Positions 29,200-40,413 of a stretch of 42,848 nucleotides of DNA are shown here, piece after piece (the first letter of the stretch is position 1; the number at the start of each line of letters is the position of its first letter). The translations under genes and the position numbers were made by a program. A model generated the notes under the pieces. The model ran no database searches, was not told the origin of the DNA, and saw only the letters and a program-made list of their open reading frames with translations. The DNA is from a virus. Its lineage: Duplodnaviria > Heunggongvirae > Uroviricota > Caudoviricetes. The stretch spans positions 1 through 42,848 of IMG/VR virus record IMGVR_UViG_2563366985_000002. One strand, 5' to 3'.

Positions 29200-30295
29200 A
29201 CGGCTGCGTGATGAATCAATTGCTCATGCAGTCTGGATATCCCGCTATAGCACTGGTGTGGCTGCCAGAATGGTGAAAATACTGAATGACAGCGATGCGG
29301 AGCTTACAGCTCGCCTGCTGGTAGCACTGGACAGCCTCGATCCTGGTAGTTTTACCGTTACGCGCCTGGAGTCACTTCTGGCGAGTGTCAGAGAGGTTAA
29401 CCGCGCTGCTATTAACAGCATGTTTACCAGTCTCTCCGGAGAGCTGAACGAGCTGGCAATTTATGAGGCTGGTTATCAGTTAAGTCTGTTTGATTCTCTG
29501 CTACCTGATTTTGTTGCTGATGTTCACCCTCTGGTTGGTATATCTTCTGATGCACTTTACGCCGCTGCAATGGCGCGACCATTCCAGGGACGACTGCTCA
29601 GTGAGTGGGCCTTGGATCTTGAGGCGGATCGGCTCAGACGCATAACAAATACGGTGCGTCAGGGTTTTTTGCTGGGGGATACCAATGAGCAGATCGCAAG
29701 AAAAATTCGGGGACATGTCAGCAAGGGATTTCAGGATGGTGCATTGCAGATGAGCCGGGCTAATGCGGCCAGCATTGCAAAAACAGCGGTTGGACATCTT
29801 GCTGCTACTGCCCGTGAGAGTTTTGCCAGCGCGAATAATGATTTGATTAAGGGTAAGCAATGGTTATCAACGCTTGATAATCGTACTACGCCACAATGTC
29901 GAATCAGGGATCGCCTCAAATATACGCTGGATAATAAACCTGTAGGTCACAGTGTGCCTTATTTGCATGGGCCGGGAAAAATTCATTTCTGCTGCCGCTC
30001 AACGGAAACGTTCATTCTGAAATCAGCGAAGGAACTGGGTATTGATGTTCGTGATATTTCCCCGGCTGAGCGGGCCAGCATGGATGGCGTGGTGGCCGGA
30101 GATACAACCTACAGGGAATGGTTTTTGCGTCAGCCTTACACCAGACAAAAACAGATTGTGGGGGAAACCCGGGCAAAGCTGATTCGGGATGGCGGTATGT
30201 CGCCAGATGAATTTTACACCGATAAAGGCGAATGGCTGACGCTGAAGCAACTCCGTGAGCGTGATGCACAGGTATTCAGAAAAGCAGGGATTTAA
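29180..30295 (+). CDS. Head morphogenesis / minor head protein (Mu F-like)
   Basis: 371-aa ORF following portal with overlap; C-terminal region typical of phage minor head proteins. Confidence 0.7.
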   Translation: MMQTVNERLRDESIAHAVWISRYSTGVAARMVKILNDSDAELTARLLVALDSLDPGSFTVTRLESLLASVREVNRAAINSMFTSLSGELNELAIYEAGYQLSLFDSLLPDFVADVHPLVGISSDALYAAAMARPFQGRLLSEWALDLEADRLRRITNTVRQGFLLGDTNEQIARKIRGHVSKGFQDGALQMSRANAASIAKTAVGHLAATARESFASANNDLIKGKQWLSTLDNRTTPQCRIRDRLKYTLDNKPVGHSVPYLHGPGKIHFCCRSTETFILKSAKELGIDVRDISPAERASMDGVVAGDTTYREWFLRQPYTRQKQIVGETRAKLIRDGGMSPDEFYTDKGEWLTLKQLRERDAQVFRKAGI

Positions 30296-30315
30296 ATAAA
30301 TCATTTATTACAACA

Positions 30316-30340
30316 GGCTACCTTCGGGTGGCCTTTTTTA
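30316..30340 (+). terminator. Intrinsic terminator-like hairpin
   Basis: GGCTACC-ttcg-GGTGGCC (one mismatch) followed by TTTTTT. Confidence 0.45.
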
Positions 30341-30399
30341 TTGCTGCGATCCGGATGGTGAGCAGCGTAACTGTCGGAAGACTTAAACCAGGTACTAAT

Positions 30400-31164
30400 A
30401 TGAAACTGAAAACGGTCGAGATTAACGGAAAACAATACGCAGAAATTGATACTGCTGGCCTGCCAGTTTATGTGCACGACGATGGTAAAGAAATCGGCTT
30501 CGATGCACCGCTGGCGATAAAAAAAATTACAGAGCTTAATGGCGAGGCAAAAAATCATCGCCTGGCTAAAGAAGCTGCAGAGGAAAAACTGGCTAAGTTT
30601 GCCGCTATCGAAGACCCGAAGAAGGCGATCGAGGCACTGGAAATGCTGTCAAAAATCGACCAGAAAAAGCTGATCGATGCGGGACAGGTTGACCAGGTTA
30701 AGGCAGAAATTACGAAAAATTTTCAGCAGCAATTAGATGAAGAAAAGCAACGCTCTCAGATGCTGGAGACGCAGCTTTACGATTCTATGATTGGCGGTAG
30801 TTTTGCGGGTTCAAAATATATTGCCGATAAAATTGCGATCCCGGCAGATTTATTACAAGCCCGCTTCGGGCAGGCATTCAAAGTGGAAGAAGGGAAGATC
30901 GTTGCTTATGACGCTTCCGGCAACAAAATTTATTCCCGCGCGAAGCCTGGCGAACTGGCGCAGTTTGATGAGGCGCTGGAGTTCCTCGTCGAAAATTACC
31001 CTCAGAAAGACTACATCCTGAAAGCCAGTGGCAACAATGGCGGCGGCTCCCGTCCGACACAGCATGATGTTGGTCAGAAAACGATGAAACGCTCTGCTTT
31101 TGATGCACTGGATGTTGCAGGTAAGCAAAACGCATTGAAAGACGGTATCACAATTGTTGATTAA
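30400..31164 (+). CDS. Scaffolding-like protein
   Basis: Acidic, helix-rich ORF between head morphogenesis and capsid genes; start placed at MKLKTVEING because the longer ORF would begin inside the upstream hairpin. Confidence 0.5.
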   Translation: MKLKTVEINGKQYAEIDTAGLPVYVHDDGKEIGFDAPLAIKKITELNGEAKNHRLAKEAAEEKLAKFAAIEDPKKAIEALEMLSKIDQKKLIDAGQVDQVKAEITKNFQQQLDEEKQRSQMLETQLYDSMIGGSFAGSKYIADKIAIPADLLQARFGQAFKVEEGKIVAYDASGNKIYSRAKPGELAQFDEALEFLVENYPQKDYILKASGNNGGGSRPTQHDVGQKTMKRSAFDALDVAGKQNALKDGITIVD

Positions 31165-31262
31165 CACATTTGTCAGCTTCCGGATGGGAGCTGGTGTCAG
31201 GGCTGGATAGCTCATTACTCCATCTATTCACAATTACGCAAATTTTTAAGGAATATTTAATT

Positions 31263-32402
31263 ATGGCTGGAAATACCCTGACCGGGTTGATCCCGACTAT
31301 TTATACCGCCCTGGATATTGTATCCCGTGAGCAGGTAGGTTTTATCCCTGCGGTAGCAAAAAACGCAAAAGCTGACGCCGCAGCAAAAGATCAGACGGTA
31401 ACCGCGCCAGTTGCGCCTGAGGCGAAAACCGAAGATATCGTACCGGGGCCGTCAGCTCCGAATACCGGTGATCAAAATATTGGCACTGTTGATGTGAAAA
31501 TTACTAAATCCAAAATGGCACCGGTTAAATGGAATGGTGAAGAACAACTGGCTCTTGGCCCTTCAGGGACTTACAACACCATTCTGGCTGATCAGTTCAA
31601 GCAGGCTTTTCGCGCCCTTGCAAACGAGGTTGAGGCTGATCTTGGTGCGTTGTATTTCGGTGCTTCCCGCGCCGTGGGAACCGCAGGGACAACGCCGTTT
31701 GGTGTTAAAGATGATCTTTCTGATGCTGCTCTGGCTCGTCAGGTTCTGGAGGATAACGGCGCACCGACAACCGATCTGCAGATGGTGCTTGGCTCCACTG
31801 CCATTGCTAATTTGCGCGGAAAACAGTCTGTACTGTTTAAAGTGAATGAATCCGGCACTGAACAGCTACTGCGTGAGGGCGTGTTGGGGCGTCTGGAGGG
31901 ATTCAATATTCACAGTTCGGCAGGTGTAAAACGAGCGCCAAAGGTTGCTGCAACTGGTTATCTCGTGAATGGCGAGAAAAAAGAAGGCGATGTTCTTATT
32001 TCCATTGATACTGGTTCGGGGAGTATTTCTGCAGGTCAGATTGTTACGTTCGCTGGCGATCCGAATCAGTATGTTGTGGCAGCAGCGACCAGCAATCTGA
32101 TTACTCTTGCAGCGCCCGGACTGCGTCAGGATCTGGCCGATGATACTGCAATCACAGTTGTTGGCTCCTTTACTGCAAATATGGCGTTTGATCGCAACGC
32201 GTTTCTGCTGGCATCCCGTACTCCGGCAATGCCGGAAGGTGGCGATAATGCTGATGATGTAATGAATGTTACGGACCCGATTTCAGGGATTACGTTCCAG
32301 ATTGCACTGTATCGTCAGTATCGCCAGGTGCGCTATGAAGTTGGACTGGCATGGGGTGTTTCATCAGTGAAGCCGGCACATGGTTGTCTGATTCTTGGTT
32401 AA
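31263..32402 (+). CDS. Major capsid protein
   Basis: ORF from MAGNTLTGLIPTIY... with AAGGAA Shine-Dalgarno; followed by a strong terminator, as typical for coat genes. Confidence 0.75.
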   Translation: MAGNTLTGLIPTIYTALDIVSREQVGFIPAVAKNAKADAAAKDQTVTAPVAPEAKTEDIVPGPSAPNTGDQNIGTVDVKITKSKMAPVKWNGEEQLALGPSGTYNTILADQFKQAFRALANEVEADLGALYFGASRAVGTAGTTPFGVKDDLSDAALARQVLEDNGAPTTDLQMVLGSTAIANLRGKQSVLFKVNESGTEQLLREGVLGRLEGFNIHSSAGVKRAPKVAATGYLVNGEKKEGDVLISIDTGSGSISAGQIVTFAGDPNQYVVAAATSNLITLAAPGLRQDLADDTAITVVGSFTANMAFDRNAFLLASRTPAMPEGGDNADDVMNVTDPISGITFQIALYRQYRQVRYEVGLAWGVSSVKPAHGCLILG

Positions 32403-32412
32403 ACATTCAAAC

Positions 32413-32433
32413 GGGGCTTCGGCCCCATTTTTA
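32413..32433 (+). terminator. Intrinsic terminator after capsid gene
   Basis: GGGGC-ttcg-GCCCC hairpin followed by ATTTTTA. Confidence 0.55.
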
Positions 32434-32444
32434 ATGGGGGGCAT

Positions 32445-32621
32445 ATGGCCGGATTAACTAAAGAGCAAAGAGCACAGCGTGAAGCCGCACAAAAAACGCA
32501 AATTGAGTTAGTGGTTATGGTGACCGATTATCAGATGTTTCCCGGCGCACCAACTATCGCTAATGTTCATCCTGATGAAGTTGACAACTGGAAGGCTATG
32601 GGCTGGAAAACTCAGGAGTAA
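32445..32621 (+). CDS. Small hypothetical protein (58 aa)
   Basis: Hand-translated MAGLTKEQRAQREAAQKTQIELVVMVTDYQMFPGAPTIANVHPDEVDNWKAMGWKTQE; G-rich Shine-Dalgarno; fills the gap between capsid and connector genes. Confidence 0.35.
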   Translation: MAGLTKEQRAQREAAQKTQIELVVMVTDYQMFPGAPTIANVHPDEVDNWKAMGWKTQE

Positions 32622-32624
32622 CAC

Positions 32625-33020
32625 ATGATCACTTACGTGACCTGTGATGACGTTGATAATGCGTTTGGGAACGCCTGGACGAGTGAGAACGCTAAAAATA
32701 AAGCTGTTTTAATGGCTAATGCCTGGCTTAATGGCTTCAACCTGAAAATTAACCCATCCCGTATTCCGGAAGAGGTAAAACTTGCGGGAGCATATGCAGC
32801 CAGAATTGCCTCATTCGGTAAGTTGTTTCAGCAGAAAAATGATTCTGGCGTTGTTATCAGTAAAGCCGTGTCGGCTGACGGGGTCAGTGTATCGAAATCA
32901 TTTTCTGAGTTGCCAGCAAACAGCACTGCATTGCTTGAACCCGATTTACAGCTTGCGATAGCACTGCTGAAACCGTACGGACTTAGTCGCTCACAAGTCA
33001 GGGTTGTGAGGGGGGGATAA
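32625..33020 (+). CDS. Head-tail connector / DNA-packaging protein (gp6-like)
   Basis: 131-aa ORF in a tightly packed head-completion gene series; assignment positional. Confidence 0.5.
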   Translation: MITYVTCDDVDNAFGNAWTSENAKNKAVLMANAWLNGFNLKINPSRIPEEVKLAGAYAARIASFGKLFQQKNDSGVVISKAVSADGVSVSKSFSELPANSTALLEPDLQLAIALLKPYGLSRSQVRVVRGG

Positions 33021-33403
33021 TGGGGCTTCGTGAAGAGATTCAGTCAGAGGTTGCCGCTGCTTTTGATGAGGATTTAGCGGACGCCGTGAGTGATTTTTCT
33101 GGTTCTTACGTTACGCACCGGCACTGGGATCCTGTGACGGAAACTGGCGGCGAATCCACCGAAATCTATACCGGGCGAGGCGTGTTGACACGTTATAAGC
33201 TGGGCAGAATTGATGGGATTAATATTTTGCATGGTGACCTTAAATTAACCGCTCTGGTATGCGAGGTTACGGATAAACCAGCTGTCGACCATATTATTGA
33301 GATTTATGATCCTGTATCAAGGCAGTTACAACGATACGAGGTAATTACAGCAAGTGTAGATCCTTCCGCATCAGTTTACTCTATCCAGTTAAGGAGAGCG
33401 TAA
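33020..33403 (+). CDS. Head-tail adaptor / head completion protein
   Basis: 127-aa ORF with ATGG overlap with the previous gene; assignment positional. Confidence 0.5.
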   Translation: MGLREEIQSEVAAAFDEDLADAVSDFSGSYVTHRHWDPVTETGGESTEIYTGRGVLTRYKLGRIDGINILHGDLKLTALVCEVTDKPAVDHIIEIYDPVSRQLQRYEVITASVDPSASVYSIQLRRA

Positions 33404-33784
33404 ATGGCAAAGGCATGGGATATAGAACCGTCAATATTTGCCGGGATGATTGAGGAAGATGTAGGGCTGAAGATTCGCTACATCGCTATTCAGATTCTTA
33501 CTGCTATTGATATTGCTGCTCCGGTTGATACCGGACGTTTCAGAAATAACAACCTGGTGTCGTTACAGCATCCCGATTTTGGTATATCTGATAACGTGGA
33601 TCCGAACGGTACGATTGCTGTTCAGCGTGGGATCGGGGTTATTTCGAAAGCTGCAAATTACGGAGTTATTTATATCCAGAATAACCTTCCTTATGCAGAG
33701 GCTCTTGAAAACGGTCATTCACAACAAGCGCCAACTGGCGTGTATGCCAACGCTTTTCATGGTGTTTTACAGGCTTACAAATGA
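33404..33784 (+). CDS. Neck/tail completion protein (HK97 gp10-like, tentative)
   Basis: 126-aa ORF in the head-tail joining series. Confidence 0.45.
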   Translation: MAKAWDIEPSIFAGMIEEDVGLKIRYIAIQILTAIDIAAPVDTGRFRNNNLVSLQHPDFGISDNVDPNGTIAVQRGIGVISKAANYGVIYIQNNLPYAEALENGHSQQAPTGVYANAFHGVLQAYK

Positions 33785-34173
33785 CGTTTACTGAAATCAG
33801 AAATACGGTTATTTCCAGAATGACGGCACAGACGATTATTGATGGAAAAGACGTATTGTATCCGAACGCGCCAACGTTCGATCCTTCCGGTAAGTTAATC
33901 TGGGCGCGGTTAAGTAATATTCCCGGGCAGGCTGGAGTTAATGAAATTGGCGCGGGGCCGATTGTTTATCGCACGGGGATAATCATTATTCAGTTATTTG
34001 TCCCCGCAGGTTCTGGTTCAAAACTCATTACTGAGACAGCCGATAAATTGCGGGAACTGTTTGAGTTTCAGGATGACGATCGTCTCAGTTACCAGGCTGT
34101 TTCCTCAATAGCCGTTGGCGAAAAGAATGGCTGGTTCCAGCTTAATCTTCAAATTCCATATCGCGCGCTCTAG
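33781..34173 (+). CDS. Tail terminator-like protein
   Basis: 130-aa ORF immediately upstream of the major tail gene; overlaps the previous gene. Confidence 0.45.
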   Translation: MTFTEIRNTVISRMTAQTIIDGKDVLYPNAPTFDPSGKLIWARLSNIPGQAGVNEIGAGPIVYRTGIIIIQLFVPAGSGSKLITETADKLRELFEFQDDDRLSYQAVSSIAVGEKNGWFQLNLQIPYRAL

Positions 34174-34199
34174 CGCAATTAATGACATAGGAGGCTCCT

Positions 34200-35162
34200 G
34201 TGAGTTCAGGTGCAAAGGTTATCTCGGCATTTATCCGGGAGACGGTTGCAGGCACTACGCCAGCAAGTGGTGACTGGAGTTTATTAAAACGCACAAGCTG
34301 GGGAGTAAAACCCACCCAGAATAAAGGCGAAAATAATGAGATTGGTGGCTCCCGGATGGCTCAGGGGGCGACGCCTGGCACTGTGGATGTCGGCGGTGAT
34401 GTTGGTACCAAATTTCGCTGGGGTCAACATGATGATTTTCTTGCATCCTGTTTCGGCGCGGAATGGTCAGGCGATTCTCTGACAATGGGGAATGAGCGAA
34501 TAACATTTTCTCTGGCGACCTATGCGTCCGATGTCGGAATTGCCTCTGTCGTCAGAGGAGCGCAGGTTGGCTCATGGAAAATGCAGATCCCTAACGACGG
34601 CGATATTACAGCGACCGTAACCTTTGCCGGACTGGACTGGGAATCAAAGGCCGATGATACGAATTTTATCAAAGGCGAACCTGTGGATAGTGCAGGAAAG
34701 CTACGTTATTCGTTTAAGGAGGTTTCAGCAGTAAGCCTGAATGGTGTTGCCGGAGGTAACGGTTTTTGTATCGACAGTTTTGATATTCAGTTCGATAACA
34801 AACTCCAGACACAGCGTTGTATCGGGACTGGCTCGCCTTATGCAGGAGCAAATATTCCGACTACTTTTACACCGTCCGGTACGGTGACGCTTTCATGGTC
34901 TAAAGCCGCGTGGGAAATCTGGAGTAAAACACTGACTGGAGAAACAGTTCCGTTCAGCTTCACGCTTTCGAATGGAGAGGGGGCATACACTTTCAGTTTC
35001 CCGAAGGTTCAGGTGTCAGGTGAATGGCCTGATGGGGGTAATAGCGACATTATCCAGGTTCAATTGAGCATTACCGCAGCAGATGAAGCACCTACGATAA
35101 CCAGAAAAAAAAATTCCCCGGCTGCCGTGATCGCAAAAGCCAGTGCTGAGGCGATTAGTTGA
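34200..35162 (+). CDS. Major tail (tube) protein
   Basis: 320-aa ORF with AGGAGG Shine-Dalgarno, located before the frameshifted chaperone pair and tape measure. Confidence 0.6.
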   Translation: MSSGAKVISAFIRETVAGTTPASGDWSLLKRTSWGVKPTQNKGENNEIGGSRMAQGATPGTVDVGGDVGTKFRWGQHDDFLASCFGAEWSGDSLTMGNERITFSLATYASDVGIASVVRGAQVGSWKMQIPNDGDITATVTFAGLDWESKADDTNFIKGEPVDSAGKLRYSFKEVSAVSLNGVAGGNGFCIDSFDIQFDNKLQTQRCIGTGSPYAGANIPTTFTPSGTVTLSWSKAAWEIWSKTLTGETVPFSFTLSNGEGAYTFSFPKVQVSGEWPDGGNSDIIQVQLSITAADEAPTITRKKNSPAAVIAKASAEAIS

Positions 35163-35210
35163 TTTTCCGTTATTCCTCCTGTGGTACTGCCCTACAGGGG
35201 GACGCATTGA

Positions 35211-35672
35211 ATGAGGTTATGGATGTTTATTCTTAATCAGAAAATTATCATTGGTGGAGAACGCTGGTTTACGCCAATGAAGGACTTAAAACCTGTAGAC
35301 GGGTTAAAACTGTTGGTGGCAAGCAGCGATAACGATCAGTATCGCTCCCGTAATGCATTAATCCGTCGCCACATTGAGAAAATGGATGCCAGTTTGCACG
35401 TCGGAACGAAGGAGTTTGATATTTCAAAGGTTTCCGAGGTGGATTCTGTTGATGATTTACTCATTGATAATGCCGCTCGTTATCTGCTGAAAGACTGGAA
35501 AGGGGTTGGTGAACTGGTTAATGGTGTTGAGGTTGCACTGGAATATACGGCAGAACGAGGGATCGCGCTGCTTAAGCAGAATCCAGAGTTGTACTGGCAG
35601 ATCCTTGCAGAAGCAGCCAGCATCGCCCAGGGTAAAGAGCAGCAGAAGCAGGATACGATAAAAAAGCCATAG
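35211..35672 (+). CDS. Tail assembly chaperone (gpG-like)
   Basis: ORF ending at a slippery heptamer just before its stop; precedes the tape measure gene. Confidence 0.6.
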   Translation: MRLWMFILNQKIIIGGERWFTPMKDLKPVDGLKLLVASSDNDQYRSRNALIRRHIEKMDASLHVGTKEFDISKVSEVDSVDDLLIDNAARYLLKDWKGVGELVNGVEVALEYTAERGIALLKQNPELYWQILAEAASIAQGKEQQKQDTIKKP

Positions 35673-35980
35673 CTGCCCAGCGGTGGTTATCGGAGTTCGG
35701 GGGAGAAAGGGGGGAAAAGGCAAGATGGAAGCGAGAAAAACTCAGGTTGCCACCGATACCGGAACCAGAAATAGACCCGGTGCTTAAGGAGTTGTTGTAC
35801 GCCTATTCGGTAATATCCCGTGCCCGACGTTATGCTGGAATGGCTGGGGTGCCTTTGCCTTTATCTCTGACAGAGATAAATGAATATTTAGCCACTCATC
35901 CGGTATTGATTGAGCGCGATGAATTTGAAGCAGTGATCTTTGCACTGGATGACCAGTATTTTCAGGAGCAGTGTGTGTAG
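35211..35980 (+). CDS. Tail assembly chaperone frameshift fusion (gpGT-like), made by -1 shift at 35660-35666
   Basis: The -1 frame after the slippery site reads ...AIAAQRWLSEF...PPIPEPEIDPVLKELLYAYSV... to a stop at 35978-35980, matching the 77-aa six-frame ORF. Confidence 0.55.
35660..35666 (+). promoter_or_regulatory. Programmed -1 ribosomal frameshift slippery site A_AAA_AAG
   Basis: Heptamer AAAAAAG ends 4 nt before the chaperone stop codon; the -1 frame stays open to 35980. Confidence 0.6.
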
Positions 35981-36102
35981 TTGTTAATTACGTACACTCT
36001 GTTACAGAGATGTGATGGTGTCTTTAATTAAATCGATGATGCTCCTGGAGAAAAGCATTGCGTGGCCTCGTAATCGCTATATCTACTATTATGTCGCCTG
36101 AA

Positions 36103-36126
36103 ACCCACTTCGCGGTGGGTTTTTTG
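36103..36126 (+). terminator. Hairpin plus T-run upstream of tape measure gene
   Basis: ACCCAC-ttcgcg-GTGGGT followed by TTTTTGTTGT. Confidence 0.4.
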
Positions 36127-36145
36127 TTGTCAGGAGTTTTAATAA

Positions 36146-39100
36146 ATGGCAGAGCAAACCTCGCGTCTCGCAATAATTATTGATAGCACTGGAGCGAAAA
36201 ATAATGCTGACAATCTGACCTCCTCATTAGTCAAAATGACGCAGGCTGGGGAAACTGCTGCAAATAGCGCAGGGAAAGTGACTAAGGCAACAGAAGATGA
36301 GAAGAACGCGCTCGCAAAATTAAAAGTAGCTATTGATCCAGTTGGTGCCGCAATTGATACTGTCGGTCGACGCTATTCTGAATTAAAGAAATTTTTCGAT
36401 AAAGGGCTTATTGATAAAGAAGAATATGAATTTCTTGTCCGTAAACTTAATGAAACCACAGAGGAATTGAGCGGGGTTGCGCAAGCGCAGAGAGAAGCCG
36501 AGAAGGCCGGAAAACTTGCTGCCGCCCAGCAGGAAGCGCAGGCTCAGGCCTTTCAAAGAATGCTGGACAAGATCGACCCTCTGGCTGCGGCGCTAAGAAA
36601 TCTTGAACAACAGCATGATGAACTTAATGCTGCGTTTGCATCCGGGAAAATAAATGGTTCTCAGTTTGAGAATTATAGCCGAAAAATACAGGAAACACGG
36701 CGAGAGCTTACCGGAGAGGCTCAGGCAGAGCGAGAAGCAGCAAAAGCGCATGATGAACAGGTTGTTGCTTTGCAACGTCTGATTGCTCAACTTGATCCTG
36801 TCGGAACTGCTTTTAATCGTCTGGTAGAACAACAGAAACAGCTCAATGAAGCAAAAGCTAAGGGGATGCTTTCTCCTGAAATGTATGAGGAGCTTTCTGG
36901 AAAACTTCGTGCTATGCGGAGTGAGCTTGAGGTTACTCAATCACAATTAAGCAAAACCGGAATGTCGGCAAAACAAACGGCTTTTGCTATGCGCATGTTG
37001 CCTGCACAAATGACGGATATTGTTGTTGGGTTGTCCACTGGTCAGTCGCCATTTATGGTGTTAATGCAGCAGGGCGGCCAGCTAAAAGATATGTTCGGTG
37101 GGATTGGCCCGGCGATCAAAGGTGTAGGTTCTTATGTGCTGGGATTAGTTAATCCTTTTACCCTAGCCGCAGCAGCCGTTGGGGTCTTAGGACTGGCTTA
37201 CTATAAAGGCTCTCAGGAGCAGGACGAATTTAATAAATCTCTTATTCTTACCGGAAATCAGTTGGGGACAACCAGCGGGCAATTGGGCGATATAGCTCAA
37301 CGTGCCGGGAATGCGGCTGATTCGACAACTGGTGCTGCGGCGGCAGTATTAAATCAGCTTGTGCGTTCGGGAAAGGTAGCGAGCAGTTCGCTGGAGCAAG
37401 TGACGACAGCGATAGTAAAAACGAGCGAAGTAACAGGAATATCAACCGAACAACTGGTTAATGACTTCAATGAAATTACAAAGGATCCTGTCAGTGCCAT
37501 ATCAAAACTTAATGATCAGTACCATTTTCTGACACTTGCGACTTATAACCAGATTAAGGCGCTACAGGATGAAGGGAACCAGCAGGAGGCCGCCCGCATT
37601 GCGACAGAAGAATACTCATCCTCAATGATCCAGCGCACCAACCAGATTAAAGAAAATCTTGGTTATCTTGAGACTGCATGGAAAGCTGTCGCAGACTCCG
37701 CAAAATGGGCATGGGATTCCATGCTGGATATTGGCCGTGAGACCTCCCTTGATCAAAAAATCTCAGATGTTCTCCGTCAAATTGATGAAATAGAAAAAAA
37801 TACCCGACCCGGAGTTTTCGGGTTAGGTGGCATTGGAGATGGCGGAGCTCAAAATAAAAGGCTGGCACGATTAAAGCAGCAATTGGGCGTACTTCAAGCA
37901 GAAAAAATTGCTCAGGACGTACTAAATTCATCAATAAACGATTACAACAAGCGACAACAGGAAGGAATTGAACTCAGACAGAGAGCAGATGCCTTTTCAA
38001 AACAATATCAGACCCGGGAGCAGCAGAGAGCTAGTGAACTTGCAAAACTGGAAAAGCTAAAGAATCAGTATTCAAAGGAAGAATATAATAATCTTATCGC
38101 TCAAATAAATGAGCGTTATAAAGATCCAAAGCAACCAAAGGCGAAAGGTTATTCTGATGATGCAGCCCAACGAATGATTGATCATCTGAATCAACAGAAT
38201 GCGTTACTAAGTTCACAAGCTGAGTTGACCGTTAAATTAAGTTCCTCTGAACAGGAACTGGTTAAGTGGCGTCAGCGGATTGCCGACCTAGAGTCACGAC
38301 CATCAACGAAATTAACCCAGGATCAGAAATCGCTTCTCTTACACCGGGAAGAAATAACCGCGTTGATGGAGAAAAATGTTGCGATTGAAAAAAATAACAG
38401 GCTAATCAAGGAATCCGCCGAAATAACAGCATGGCGTGATTCATTGCAGGCTTCGATTGATAATCGTCAGCAGGGGTATGATATTCAGATTGCTGGTTAT
38501 GGGGTTGGCGATAAAAATCAGCAACGCCAGCAGGAATTACTGCGGATTGAACATGGATATAACAATCAGCGTCTGCAACTTGAACGTGACTATGCAGATA
38601 AATCCCGTGGAATGTCAGATCATGTTTTTCAAGAGAAAATGCAGGCTCTGAATGATGCTCTGGAACGGGAAAAAGAAATTGTCAGACAGAAAAACGAGCA
38701 GCTCGATATTCAGGCAGGAGACTGGGTTAGTGGTGCCTCCCAGGGATTCAATAACTGGCTGGATGACACTAAGGATATCAGTGAGCAGATAAAATCAACC
38801 ACGACTCAGATGTTTGATGGGATGACCGATGCGCTGGGTGATTTTGTCACGACAGGCAAGGCAAATTTTCGTTCTTTCGCTACTTCCGTGATTTCGGATC
38901 TTAGTCGAATAGCATTAAAGGCTTCAATTACTGGGATTTTCGACAGCATTAGTAACAGTTCTTCTGGGGGGGTTTTAGGAACTATCGGGAGTGCTATTAG
39001 TAAATTTATTCCGAATGCAAAGGGCGGTGTTTATGAGTCTCCGTCATTGAGCACGTATTCGAACGGTATTTATGATTCCCCGCAATTTTTTGCTTTTGCA

Positions 39101-39379
39101 AAAGGGGCTGGTGTTTTTGGTGAGGCTGGACCGGAAGCTATTATGCCATTAACACGAACTTCCGATGGTTCTCTTGGTGTCAGAGCTATTAATAGTAAAA
39201 GTGGTAATGGAGGCGGAGATATTACCTATGCCCCTGTATACCAAATCACTATTCAAAATGACGGCCAGAATGGAGAGATTGGCCCTCAGGCAATAAAAGC
39301 ACTTATGGGGATGGTTGATCAGCGGGTGCAGGGCAATCTGTTAAATATGCGACGTGATGGGGGAATGTTAAGTGGCTAA
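36146..39379 (+). CDS. Tail tape measure protein
   Basis: 1077 aa, long coiled-coil-rich, Ala/Gln/Glu-rich; CAGGAG Shine-Dalgarno; follows the chaperone pair. Confidence 0.85.
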   Translation: MAEQTSRLAIIIDSTGAKNNADNLTSSLVKMTQAGETAANSAGKVTKATEDEKNALAKLKVAIDPVGAAIDTVGRRYSELKKFFDKGLIDKEEYEFLVRKLNETTEELSGVAQAQREAEKAGKLAAAQQEAQAQAFQRMLDKIDPLAAALRNLEQQHDELNAAFASGKINGSQFENYSRKIQETRRELTGEAQAEREAAKAHDEQVVALQRLIAQLDPVGTAFNRLVEQQKQLNEAKAKGMLSPEMYEELSGKLRAMRSELEVTQSQLSKTGMSAKQTAFAMRMLPAQMTDIVVGLSTGQSPFMVLMQQGGQLKDMFGGIGPAIKGVGSYVLGLVNPFTLAAAAVGVLGLAYYKGSQEQDEFNKSLILTGNQLGTTSGQLGDIAQRAGNAADSTTGAAAAVLNQLVRSGKVASSSLEQVTTAIVKTSEVTGISTEQLVNDFNEITKDPVSAISKLNDQYHFLTLATYNQIKALQDEGNQQEAARIATEEYSSSMIQRTNQIKENLGYLETAWKAVADSAKWAWDSMLDIGRETSLDQKISDVLRQIDEIEKNTRPGVFGLGGIGDGGAQNKRLARLKQQLGVLQAEKIAQDVLNSSINDYNKRQQEGIELRQRADAFSKQYQTREQQRASELAKLEKLKNQYSKEEYNNLIAQINERYKDPKQPKAKGYSDDAAQRMIDHLNQQNALLSSQAELTVKLSSSEQELVKWRQRIADLESRPSTKLTQDQKSLLLHREEITALMEKNVAIEKNNRLIKESAEITAWRDSLQASIDNRQQGYDIQIAGYGVGDKNQQRQQELLRIEHGYNNQRLQLERDYADKSRGMSDHVFQEKMQALNDALEREKEIVRQKNEQLDIQAGDWVSGASQGFNNWLDDTKDISEQIKSTTTQMFDGMTDALGDFVTTGKANFRSFATSVISDLSRIALKASITGIFDSISNSSSGGVLGTIGSAISKFIPNAKGGVYESPSLSTYSNGIYDSPQFFAFAKGAGVFGEAGPEAIMPLTRTSDGSLGVRAINSKSGNGGGDITYAPVYQITIQNDGQNGEIGPQAIKALMGMVDQRVQGNLLNMRRDGGMLSG

Positions 39380-39710
39380 TACGGAAGAATTTCACTGGTT
39401 ACCAGAGGATGGAATGAAAACAGAAAATAAACCATCGATAAAAACTGTAAGATTTGGTGATGGTTATGAGCAACGAAGTCCAAATGGACTTAATCATTCT
39501 CTGCGCGTTTTCACCTGTGATTTCAAAGTTGAGGCGAATGAACGTGATTCATTTGAAAAATTTTTAGCCCGGCATGAAGGCTATAAATCTTTTTTTTGGC
39601 GCCCGCCGGGTATTAACAGAAAAATCAGAGTGGTGTGTCGAACGTGGTCAGCGACAGAACATATCACCTATACCGATTTTTCGTGTCAGTTTGACGAAGT
39701 GGTGATCTGA
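39372..39710 (+). CDS. M: Minor tail protein M (lambda-like)
   Basis: 112-aa ORF after tape measure; lambda gpM-like size and position. Confidence 0.75.
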   Translation: MANTEEFHWLPEDGMKTENKPSIKTVRFGDGYEQRSPNGLNHSLRVFTCDFKVEANERDSFEKFLARHEGYKSFFWRPPGINRKIRVVCRTWSATEHITYTDFSCQFDEVVI

Positions 39711-40408
39711 TGCAGGACATACGACAGGAAACACTGAATGAATGCATCCGTGTGGAGCAGACGGCCAGCGTGGTGCTCTGGGAAATTGATCTGACAGAGG
39801 TCGGTGGGGAGCGTTACTTTTTCTGCAATGAGCAGAATGAAAAAGGTGAACCGGTTACCTGGCAGGGGCGAAAGTATCAGGCGTACCCCATTCAGGGAAG
39901 CGGCTTTGAGATGAACGGTAAGGGCAGCAGCGCACGTCCCACACTTAAGGTATCTAACCTGTATGGCATGGTCACCGGGATGGCCGAAGACCTGCAGAGT
40001 CTGGTCGGCGGAACGGTGGTCAGGCGTAAGGTTTATGCCCGTTTTCTGGATGCGGTGAACTTCATCAACGGAAACAGCGAAGCCGATCCGGAGCAGGAGG
40101 TGATCAGCCGCTGGCGCATCGAGCAGTGCAGCGAACTGAGCGCGGTCAGTGCCTCCTTTGTACTGTCCACGCCGACGGAAACGGACGGCGCTGTTTTTCC
40201 GGGGCGCATCATGCTTGCTAATACCTGCACCTGGACCTATCGCGGTGATGAGTGCGGTTATCACGGTCCGGCGGTCGCGGATGAATATGACCAGCCGACA
40301 TCCGAAATCACGAAGGATAAATGCAGCAAATGCCTGAGTGGCTGTAAGTTCCGCAATAATGTCGGCAACTTTGGCGGCTTCCTTTCCATTAACAAACTTT
40401 CGCAGTAA
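39710..40408 (+). CDS. L: Minor tail protein L (lambda-like)
   Basis: 232 aa, same length as lambda gpL; Cys cluster near C-terminus. Confidence 0.8.
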   Translation: MQDIRQETLNECIRVEQTASVVLWEIDLTEVGGERYFFCNEQNEKGEPVTWQGRKYQAYPIQGSGFEMNGKGSSARPTLKVSNLYGMVTGMAEDLQSLVGGTVVRRKVYARFLDAVNFINGNSEADPEQEVISRWRIEQCSELSAVSASFVLSTPTETDGAVFPGRIMLANTCTWTYRGDECGYHGPAVADEYDQPTSEITKDKCSKCLSGCKFRNNVGNFGGFLSINKLSQ

Positions 40409-40413
40409 ATCCC

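Noticed and set aside
36593-38651. Several minus- and plus-strand ORFs inside the tape measure gene
   Set aside because: Nested in a 1077-aa gene with clear context; shadow ORFs.
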